Position numbers and translations under genes: made by a program. A DNA stretch of 40,461 nucleotides from positions 1-40,461 of the IMG/VR virus record IMGVR_UViG_3300046055_000006, one strand, 5' to 3'. The DNA comes from a virus. Lineage: Duplodnaviria; Caudoviricetes. Shown in pieces: positions 15,835-23,723 of the stretch. Within the stretch, counting starts at the first letter, position 1; each line of letters begins with the position of its first letter. Under the pieces are notes generated by a model, which was not told the origin of the DNA, searched no databases, and worked only from the letters and a program-made list of their open reading frames with translations.

Positions 15835-17577
15835 TTGAGCTTGGCTTTAGTTGAAACCTCTGAAGGTTACCTAAGAAGTTTTCTACAGACCATCTATGGG
15901 GACCAAACGGGTTACTGCTATGTGGCCCTGAAATCAACTAAGGTTCAAGGGCCCTTTGTTAAGCATCACTTTCAGTGGCCTGCTCAGCAGGACGAAGTGA
16001 TTAACTTCATTCTTGAAAACAAGACTGATTATGAAGTTTATTACTCGCCTGCTTTGTTCTACTCGGCTTCTGGCCAAAAGCCAGAGGTTAAGACCTCACA
16101 GGTTCTGTGGTGTGAATTCGACGGGCACCTTCCTACTTCTCTACAGGGGCTCCCAGAACCGAACATCAAGGTTCGTTCCTCCACTGAGGAACACGAACAT
16201 TGGTACTGGCTCTTAGACCAAGCCCTGCCAACCGAAAAGCTAGAACAACTCAACAGAGCTATCACTTACGCTTTAGGCGCCGATACTTCCGCATGGAACG
16301 CGAACCAAATTCTTCGGCCACTGAGCACTTTCAATCATAAGCGCCAGCGGGCTGTAGAGTTAACCAAATTTGAAAACTCTGAGTCCACCCAGCTCGAGCC
16401 TTTCGAGGCGCTGTCAGAACCGCCTCCTACTGCTGACGCGCCCCCTCCTGATTCTGTTCCTCCTGTAGAGGATGTAATCGGTAAGGTTCGGTTTGACGAA
16501 AACACCTGGAACCTATTCAAGCAAGGCGCTGTAGAAGGTCAGCGTTCAGACGCGTTAATGAGACTCGGTTATAAGTTTGCCGAGTGGCAATTAAGTGACC
16601 GAGATTGTTTCACGCTGTTACTTAATGCAGACGAGCGTTGGGGAAAATTCAAAGACCGTGAAGATCAACATACGCGCCTCATGGAAATCGTCACCAGGGC
16701 GCGAGCCAAGTACCCGCTTAAGGCTTACTCAAAAGAGTTGGAAAGTTTCGGCCTGGGCAGCTTGCTCGCAACCGAGGTTCACCTTGAGTGGGTTTGGGAA
16801 GGGCTTCTACAGGAGCAGGGCTTTATGCTGCTTACAGGCCCCTCCGGTGTAGGCAAGACGCAGTTTTCCCTGTTTATGGCTACGCAACTTGCCTTAGGCT
16901 ACGAGTGCCTAGATCGTCCTGTCACGAAGCCCCAAAAGGTTGGTTTCTTTTCATTGGAGATGGGTCTTATTGATCTGAAACACTTTCTACAGCAGCAGGC
17001 GCTCAATTACTCAAGCGATGAATTGGCTTGGCTAGAAAATAACTTGAGACTATTCCCTTTGGGTGAGCCACTTTTTCTGAACCGTAAATCCGAGAAGGAT
17101 AAGGTTGAGGCGGCCGTCGAGACTGAGAACCTGGATGGCATTTTTGTAGACTCGTTAGGCTCAATGACAGAGGAAGAACTTACTCAAGAGGGAGACGTAA
17201 AAGGGTTAATGAATTGGACAGACCACCTGCGACAAAAGTACCAGATTTTTACTTGGTACATTCATCACCACCGAAAAGCAACTTCAGACAACAAGAAACC
17301 AAACACCATGAGTGACATTTTTGGGTCGATGTTCGTAACGAAAACGCCTACTTCAATCCTGAGTTTGTGGCCGTACTCTGCGAACAGTGTAATCCAAGTT
17401 ACGCCACTCAAAACCAGGCTTACAGGAAATAATACGCCTTTCCTGATAACCCGTGACAGTTACCTTAACTTCGCAGTGTACCACAAGCCTGTAGGCAGTA
17501 ATTTCGCTAAGGCAGACGAAAAAGCAAAGGAAGACGACAATGAAGACAACCCGAACAACTTTACGGATTCACTCTAA
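15835..17577 (+). CDS. Primase-helicase (RepB-type primase, PriCT-like region, AAA_25/RepA-like helicase)
   Basis: VYYSPALF, LWCEFD, SS..H.HWYW, GAD...W...QILRP; GPSGVGKT, FSLEM, FVDSL, IHH.RK. Confidence 0.85.
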   Translation: MSLALVETSEGYLRSFLQTIYGDQTGYCYVALKSTKVQGPFVKHHFQWPAQQDEVINFILENKTDYEVYYSPALFYSASGQKPEVKTSQVLWCEFDGHLPTSLQGLPEPNIKVRSSTEEHEHWYWLLDQALPTEKLEQLNRAITYALGADTSAWNANQILRPLSTFNHKRQRAVELTKFENSESTQLEPFEALSEPPPTADAPPPDSVPPVEDVIGKVRFDENTWNLFKQGAVEGQRSDALMRLGYKFAEWQLSDRDCFTLLLNADERWGKFKDREDQHTRLMEIVTRARAKYPLKAYSKELESFGLGSLLATEVHLEWVWEGLLQEQGFMLLTGPSGVGKTQFSLFMATQLALGYECLDRPVTKPQKVGFFSLEMGLIDLKHFLQQQALNYSSDELAWLENNLRLFPLGEPLFLNRKSEKDKVEAAVETENLDGIFVDSLGSMTEEELTQEGDVKGLMNWTDHLRQKYQIFTWYIHHHRKATSDNKKPNTMSDIFGSMFVTKTPTSILSLWPYSANSVIQVTPLKTRLTGNNTPFLITRDSYLNFAVYHKPVGSNFAKADEKAKEDDNEDNPNNFTDSL

Positions 17578-19322
17578 TGCTAATTGATGAACCGGATCAG
17601 GCTGAGTTTGCAATTTCCACACTCAGAACCTGTAGTCCTGTAGCTGTAGATACTGAGACCTACTTTGTTGACCTGCCTGAGGACAGGAAACTAATCGGTG
17701 TCTCGGCCTACGGCAAACTGCCAACCGGGCAGCCTATAAGCTACTACTTTCCGTTTCGACACCAGGCCGAAGACCTTTTCTCTAAGATAGATGCCAACCT
17801 GCCATTGGATTGGCTACCTGCTTTAGTCGAAGCCCTACAGGAAAAGAGCCAAACGCTTCTGTTTCACAACGCTAAGTTTGATCTACAGGTCTTTTGGCGT
17901 GATGGCTTGGACCTCAGCAATTACTTTATAGACACAATGCTTTTGAGCTACATGCTTAATGAAAACTCTACGCACGCACTTAAAAAGTTAGCAGACATTT
18001 ACCTTGAGGCGGACGCCTCGTCCTACGAACAGTACCTAAAAAAGCTTCACAAGCAACTAGGCGCCTGGCACAAAATCCCGGCACAGGTGATGGGCAAGTA
18101 CGCCGAAAAGGACGTCGAACTTACCTACAGGCTGTACGAACTTTTCTGGCCACTCATGGAGAAACAAAGCCTCAGTGAGCTTTGGCCCACTGAGGCTGAG
18201 TTTGCAAGGCTGCTAGCTGAAATCGAATTCTACGGTGTCCAAGTGGACACCAAAAAAGCTAAGCAACTCGACGATGCCTGTCAAGCTCGCCTTGAAGAAA
18301 TTCAAGGCGAGCTTGGATTCGAGCCACTAAAGCAAAATCAGCTTGCTCAGCGGCTTTTTCTTCCAGAACCAGAAGGTCTTGGATTTCGTCCTGGACCGCT
18401 TTCTCGAAAAACATCTAAAGCCTTTCCTGATGGGGTTCCTGAAACCAAGGAACAGGTACTTGAGCCCCTGAGTGAGCACCCTGTTGTCACGGCTGTCCTA
18501 GAGTATAGGAGTCTGAACAAGGCTGCGTCAACCTACTTCCGACCTTTTTATGAGTTAGCAGACACAGACGGGCGGATTCACCCTGAGTACCAACAGCACG
18601 GGACTGTCACGACGCGCTTGTCCTGCAAGAACCCAAACATGCAGAACCTGCCACGGCGGTCAGACGATCCCGAGGCTGTAGAGATGAAGCAACGCGTGCG
18701 TGGGCTCTTACAAGCGCCCCAGGGCTGGGAGCTATGGAGCTTCGACTACTCCCAGCTTGAGTACCGCCTGGCGACCTGCTACGGACAGGATCAGCACGTT
18801 CTTGACGCCTACAGGGAAGGCTCAGATTTCCACGACCTGACGAGCCAGCAGTTAGGGCTGGACCGCTATGCGGCTAAGACATTAAATTTTGCCATCATTT
18901 ATGGAGCAGGTGCCAGAAAACTTGCGGAAATGCTGTCACTTGAAGAACGCGAGGCTCGTGACATTCTTGACAGGTTCTGGGACAGTTACCCAGGACTAAG
19001 ATCAGCTATCAAAAAAGCTACAGAAACCGCCAACCGTAGAACTTGGATCAGACTATGGACGGGCCGACGCAGGCACTTCGCTTACAGCAGCGAGCACCAC
19101 AAGGCGTTTAATTCAGTGATCCAAGGCGGTGGTGCTGAGCTAGTGAAATTGTCTATGTTAAAGCTAAAGGCTTTTAACTTTAAGTTAGTTGGTCAGGTTC
19201 ACGACGAGGTCTGGCTTGAAGTGCCCGAGGGCGCCAATTTAGACAAGGTTAAAGAAATCATGGAGTGGCCGGGCAAGGAGTTCCCGATAGAGTTCCCTGT
19301 AGAAGGAAAGCAGCTAGCATGA
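17577..19322 (+). CDS. polA: Family A DNA polymerase with 3'-5' exonuclease
   Basis: Exo DTET, FHNAKFD, YAEKD; RLS..NPNMQN; motif A DYSQLEYR; motif B KTLNFAIIYG (Phe at the 762-equivalent position); motif C VHDE. Confidence 0.96.
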   Translation: MLIDEPDQAEFAISTLRTCSPVAVDTETYFVDLPEDRKLIGVSAYGKLPTGQPISYYFPFRHQAEDLFSKIDANLPLDWLPALVEALQEKSQTLLFHNAKFDLQVFWRDGLDLSNYFIDTMLLSYMLNENSTHALKKLADIYLEADASSYEQYLKKLHKQLGAWHKIPAQVMGKYAEKDVELTYRLYELFWPLMEKQSLSELWPTEAEFARLLAEIEFYGVQVDTKKAKQLDDACQARLEEIQGELGFEPLKQNQLAQRLFLPEPEGLGFRPGPLSRKTSKAFPDGVPETKEQVLEPLSEHPVVTAVLEYRSLNKAASTYFRPFYELADTDGRIHPEYQQHGTVTTRLSCKNPNMQNLPRRSDDPEAVEMKQRVRGLLQAPQGWELWSFDYSQLEYRLATCYGQDQHVLDAYREGSDFHDLTSQQLGLDRYAAKTLNFAIIYGAGARKLAEMLSLEEREARDILDRFWDSYPGLRSAIKKATETANRRTWIRLWTGRRRHFAYSSEHHKAFNSVIQGGGAELVKLSMLKLKAFNFKLVGQVHDEVWLEVPEGANLDKVKEIMEWPGKEFPIEFPVEGKQLA

Positions 19323-19723
19323 GGATCGCGGCATTTGATCCAGGTAAAACTACCGGCTTAGCAACGTTTAACGAGCAACACGAAGTGTTGACAGTCGGTG
19401 AACTAAGTTACCCTGACGAGCTTTACCAGCACTTGTACGATAATCACTACGACCTCTACATAGTAGAAGACTACAAGATTAGACCCGATAAGTTTGCTAA
19501 CCACGATTGGTCGGCGGGTGAAACTATCCGCGTAATCGGTGCCTTAGAGTTTGCAGCTTTTTGCCGAGGCGCTGAATTGCAGTTTCAACAGCCCTCTGTG
19601 AAACCAATGGCATACAAGCATCTAAACGTTGAATACAAAAAATCAGGCAAGAACGTACACTTATACGATGCTCTGGCTCACGGAGTGTTTTTTCTTAGAA
19701 AACGTTCTGAAGGTCAAGTTTGA
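19319..19723 (+). CDS. RuvC-like Holliday junction resolvase
   Basis: MRIAAFDPGKTTG, IVEDY, H.YDA.AH; ATGA coupling with the polymerase (start reassigned). Confidence 0.8.
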   Translation: MRIAAFDPGKTTGLATFNEQHEVLTVGELSYPDELYQHLYDNHYDLYIVEDYKIRPDKFANHDWSAGETIRVIGALEFAAFCRGAELQFQQPSVKPMAYKHLNVEYKKSGKNVHLYDALAHGVFFLRKRSEGQV

Positions 19724-20042
19724 TTCGATCAGGGTCCAAACCATTGTCGATTTCTGCCTCGTGATTGGGTGAACTTAAAGGGTTCCTCAAGTGACGGTTC
19801 TTCCTGGGCGTGTGCAAGTACGCCTGCATGCTTGCTCGTTCCCTGGTAGTAGTGCCGCCAAAGACGCCTACACTGTCAGTTTCGAGGGCGAATTCCAAGC
19901 AACGGGCTTTTACAGGACAGGGCTCGCAGAAGGTTTTAGCGATCTTTGTTCGTCGTTTTTCTCCCTTTTCAGGAAAGAATAGCTCCGGGTCTTGACCCTT
20001 GCAATTAGCATGGTCCCGCCAATCGTTAGCCCTTTGGCTCAT
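19695..20042 (-). CDS. whiB: WhiB-family Fe-S transcription factor
   Basis: WRDHANC...DPELFFP...AK.FCEPCPVKARCL..AL...GVFGG.T.RER. Confidence 0.93.
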   Translation of the reverse strand: MSQRANDWRDHANCKGQDPELFFPEKGEKRRTKIAKTFCEPCPVKARCLEFALETDSVGVFGGTTTRERASMQAYLHTPRKNRHLRNPLSSPNHEAEIDNGLDPDRIKLDLQNVF

Positions 20043-20214
20043 TCTTTCCCTTTGTCAGACCTCGGCTCACAGAGTAGCCAGCGCCTTGAATTCCTACAGC
20101 AGCGGCCCAGAGTTCCTCGCTAAGGTTGTCTGTAAGCACCAGGACTGTAGCAGCTACCACGGTTAGAACCGTAAGCCAAAATTCGCTGGTCCTAATTCCT
20201 TCCTTGATGCTCAT
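20026..20214 (-). CDS. Holin (two TM helices)
   Basis: GIRTSEFW, two hydrophobic helices, YSVSRGL.K; directly after the endolysin. Confidence 0.8.
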   Translation of the reverse strand: MSIKEGIRTSEFWLTVLTVVAATVLVLTDNLSEELWAAAVGIQGAGYSVSRGLTKGKNEPKG

Positions 20215-20988
20215 TTATGCCCCAATCTGTCGGAAGGCTAAGCGCTCACTGAGTGGCAGATCATAGGTGCCACTTTCAGCGTAGCCAAATTTGTTCTGAA
20301 CTTCCTTTACAGCTTTCTCGGTGTCCTGACCGAAAAGCCCATCATCCTTTACAGAACGTTCCAGTTCCGCATTTAAGCGCCACTGCATTACCCTTACCTC
20401 GTTGCTGAAGGCGATTTCATCGCCGTTGTCGTAGTCACTTCGTTTCATTGTTTCGTCCTTTGCTTGAGTGGTTCCATTCAGGTTCTTTAGAACCTCAGGA
20501 ATTACTTCTTCTCGCCATTGTTTCTGTCGAACCTTGCCAGGGCAGGTTTTTGCGTAGCTGGACCAAGGACCGGGAGCGTACATTGCATGGAAACCGAATC
20601 CAGTTCCATCCCAGTTCTGAACGATTCTGCCTTGGATTTTTGGGTGCTGTTTGACACAGAATAAGTGAATTCTTACCAACCAGTCTAACTGGTTGGCAGT
20701 CCAAGGATCGTTATCAGGGTCTCCGTTGTCTCCAGTTTCAATTGAAAGGGCAAAATCATTGGCGTCTTTTTGTGCATCTGCCTGTTGGTCAGTATCCATC
20801 AGTTGCCAAGCAGCACCAACCTTGGGAATCACAAAATGACTCTCTAAGGCTGAGCTTGTCTCAAAGTAATTGTAGGCCGACTCGGCCGAGCCAACAATAG
20901 AGTGTGAAATTATAGTTCTGGGAACGATACTTGGTTCTCTATCAAACTCGGGCAAGTGTCGTTGTTCACATGCGTCGAAGATTGCCAT
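20215..20988 (-). CDS. Endolysin: N-acetylmuramoyl-L-alanine amidase plus peptidoglycan-binding domain
   Basis: IISHS, SHF, SIET, GFH and KTCPG zinc-amidase motifs; C-terminal DGLFG.DTEKAVK..Q domain. Confidence 0.88.
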   Translation of the reverse strand: MAIFDACEQRHLPEFDREPSIVPRTIISHSIVGSAESAYNYFETSSALESHFVIPKVGAAWQLMDTDQQADAQKDANDFALSIETGDNGDPDNDPWTANQLDWLVRIHLFCVKQHPKIQGRIVQNWDGTGFGFHAMYAPGPWSSYAKTCPGKVRQKQWREEVIPEVLKNLNGTTQAKDETMKRSDYDNGDEIAFSNEVRVMQWRLNAELERSVKDDGLFGQDTEKAVKEVQNKFGYAESGTYDLPLSERLAFRQIGA

Positions 20989-20991
20989 TAA

Positions 20992-22080
20992 TTAACTAGT
21001 CCTTACTGCCTCGGCTATGACCTCTTGATTATCAACTGTTATATCTGTTGTTGTAGACGAACTCTCTAAATGCAAAGTAAATCAAACCGTTCCTGTGTTT
21101 GTGAAGTTGGGAAAGTAAGTAGAAACTGATTGTGTTTCTACCCTACCGCTGTCAACTTGTTGATCCCGCCCGGTATTACTGAAACGTTCATTACCACTGA
21201 ACTGCAACCGGGTGGTAATAGTTTCAACATTTGATGTTGAATTTGATAACTGAAAAGAAGAAGATAGTTTAACAGAGTAGCTATTCCAATGACTGGGAAT
21301 ATCAATGGTTCCCGATGTTGTTTGTGGATTAGATGAAAAATCAGTACTAACATTTTGAACCGCAAAATCTCGAACAAACTCGGTGAGCAGATTATTCTGT
21401 ATCTTTACTTGGCCAACCTGGAAATCAACCTCGTCGTCTGGAAGGTACGAGAACGAACTCGTTGTATCGGCTAAAGGAATAGCCTGCACACCGTCGGAAA
21501 CATTCTCGAAGCCGACGAGATGTGCTTCATCTGGCTGAGCATCATGGTTTGAGCCTGTGTTAAATTCAACAGCCACCCAGATGGAGCCGTCGTACTCACG
21601 GTTCACCAACTGAGGCGTTAACTGACCGGAATTACCGTGAACCACCATTGACGTCTTTATATCACTTGTGTCATTGTTTATCTTCATTTGCAATTGAATT
21701 AAAAACCGTGCAGCGTCATATTTACTGGATTTACTTTTCTCTCCTAAGAATGTGGCCAACAGTTGCTGATTCCCTACATCTCTACGGCCCAGCAACAGCA
21801 CCGTATCAGTAGAACTACCAGTCCAAGGAACTTTCCGAGCAACTTGATAAGCACCATCAAAACCTTGGTCAACCGAGAGGTCACCGGAAATTGTCCCACC
21901 CTCGGAGAGGTCTCCGATTTCTAGCCAAGCATCCGTGGCTTGGTCGTAGACCTCTAACTGGTCTTGATCTGTGTTAAAGATTAGACTGCCATCAAAAAGG
22001 GTGGTCTTTGAAAGGTTATCCCTTTCAGCCTGGGTGAGACGCTTTACGGTGTTGGGACTGAGGTTGTCAGCTACTGCCAT
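20992..22080 (-). CDS. Putative tail fibre/receptor-binding protein with an in-frame TGA at 21082-21084
   Basis: N-terminal RLTQAERD...GSLIFNTD..QLEVYD...W fibre motif; beta-rich and AT-richer; frame stays open 29 codons past the TGA to TAA 20992. Confidence 0.65.
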
Positions 22081-22420
22081 TGGTATTCCTTTCTACAGGG
22101 GTGCCGCCTAGCTTACGGATTTGCTCTTGTAGGGCACCCACTTGACCGTTTAGTTTGGAGTTTTCTAGTTTTAACTCAGAGACCTCTTTTTCTAACTGAG
22201 TTACTTGCTCATTGAGGCTTCGGATTTCGATAACTGAACTGTGAAGCCTTTGGTTGCCTGTATCGAGTTGGTTGGCTAGCTCTACCCCTAACAAAGCTAA
22301 CCCGGCAGTAATCAACAAAACCGTAACGGTAAGCAAACTTACCAGGTGCCTTGAAAGGTTTCCGTTGTTATTTTTGTGAAGTTCACGCTCTAAAGCGTTG
22401 AACTTCTCATCCTCAGCCAT
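22067..22420 (-). CDS. Single-TM coiled-coil protein
   Basis: Hydrophobic helix followed by heptad repeats; GAGG RBS. Confidence 0.7.
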   Translation of the reverse strand: MAEDEKFNALERELHKNNNGNLSRHLVSLLTVTVLLITAGLALLGVELANQLDTGNQRLHSSVIEIRSLNEQVTQLEKEVSELKLENSKLNGQVGALQEQIRKLGGTPVERNTNGSS

Positions 22421-22610
22421 GGTTGTTTCTTTCTCTGAGTTTTTCTCTTAAAAAGGTGTTTTCTTCTCTGGCCTCCTTTAAGCTGTCAAGCACCATTTCA
22501 TTGACAACCCGGCTCTGTTCCACGTTGGTCTTACGATTCTTCAGCAACGTTAACACGCCAGGAATCAGAGAAGCACCCAAGGTACCTATGGCCCACCAAA
22601 CGTTTTCCAA
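22413..22610 (-). CDS. Small membrane protein
   Basis: N-terminal hydrophobic segment plus short coiled coil. Confidence 0.65.
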   Translation of the reverse strand: MENVWWAIGTLGASLIPGVLTLLKNRKTNVEQSRVVNEMVLDSLKEAREENTFLREKLRERNNHG

Positions 22611-23723
22611 TTAATACCAACCTTTTTTCTCCCAAAATTGTTTGGCTTTCTGATAGGAACCATACCGATCCTCAACGTATTTATCCATCATTTCTAGTTG
22701 TGCTGATTTGTCTGTTGTGTTGGGATCGACGCCTAGTTGTTTTCCATACTTCTTTCGATTAGCGATTGTAAGTTGCCCGATGCCAAAGGCCGTAGAATTA
22801 GGGTTGTCAGCTGTAACCCGACCATCGCTTTCTTTGTCAATTAGCCATTCCTTGGCCGTTTGCTCTTTGGCACCGTCACCTACTCTAGGAGAACCACCGC
22901 CTCCTGTGTATTTAAAATGCCAAGGTTCCCGAGGGATGGTCTCAAACCCAAAACGTTTAGCGTTCTTTTTCATCCACTCCCGGCCCTTATCTACATCTAC
23001 AGCGGTGCCTTTCCCATGGTTACTGGTGCCTGGGACGGCGGCTAGTCCGCCGTTCTTATAGAGCCCCTTCTCCTGGGCCAGGCGCTTCTGTGTATCAAGA
23101 TCACGGTAGGAGTCTGTCAGGGTAATGTCAACCCCGTCACGCTTAGCCGCTGCGCGTAGTTTATTAAACTGTGCGGCCGCAGCTGGGGCAAGTTTGTGGC
23201 CGTTACCAATATCCTTTAAGTGTTCTTCTGGGATTTGCCCGTTTCCATACTTTGCAGCCAACGAAGAACCGGAGGTTGCCTTGCCACCTTGTTGAGGATT
23301 GAATCCTTCAACAGAATTAAGGTCAGTATCTAACTCAGAGGTTTCAATTGATGTATCAATGTCGCCAACGTCCACTGACGTGTCAATGCTTCCGATGTTC
23401 AGATTTTCCCCGTAACTAAGATCACTCAAGTCTTCACCCTGCGAACGGACTTCCGAAGGGTTTTGGCCACTTGACAGTGATCTAACGATCAAGTTGCGAG
23501 TTTCTTTTGCCTGATCCATTGATTGTTGCCATGAGTCCTCGGTTTGCTCTTGCTCGTTGTCGAGCAAGGAACCCTGATCGAGACCTAGCCCGTCGTTTTC
23601 TTCTTCTACAGGCGTAAGGGTACGACGGTCCTTCTGAGCTTTGTCCTGGTTCTTTCGTTGCTCAGCTAGTCGCTGTCGCTCCTTCTTTTTTAGGTAATTA
23701 GTTAGATCATCACTGACTGCCAT
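22611..23723 (-). CDS. Putative virion-associated peptidoglycan hydrolase: M15B (VanY-like) peptidase plus lytic transglycosylase-like domain
   Basis: DSYR...Q, PGTSNHG.G.AVD, EPWH; then IDKES...NP.STAFGIGQ...YV.DRYG...FW...GWY. Confidence 0.85.
   Translation of the reverse strand: MAVSDDLTNYLKKKERQRLAEQRKNQDKAQKDRRTLTPVEEENDGLGLDQGSLLDNEQEQTEDSWQQSMDQAKETRNLIVRSLSSGQNPSEVRSQGEDLSDLSYGENLNIGSIDTSVDVGDIDTSIETSELDTDLNSVEGFNPQQGGKATSGSSLAAKYGNGQIPEEHLKDIGNGHKLAPAAAAQFNKLRAAAKRDGVDITLTDSYRDLDTQKRLAQEKGLYKNGGLAAVPGTSNHGKGTAVDVDKGREWMKKNAKRFGFETIPREPWHFKYTGGGGSPRVGDGAKEQTAKEWLIDKESDGRVTADNPNSTAFGIGQLTIANRKKYGKQLGVDPNTTDKSAQLEMMDKYVEDRYGSYQKAKQFWEKKGWY

Noticed and set aside
20992-22080. Diversity-generating retroelement target or genome-wide TGA reassignment
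   Set aside because: No reverse transcriptase or template repeat seen; TGA terminates many genes with ATGA/GTGA coupling.
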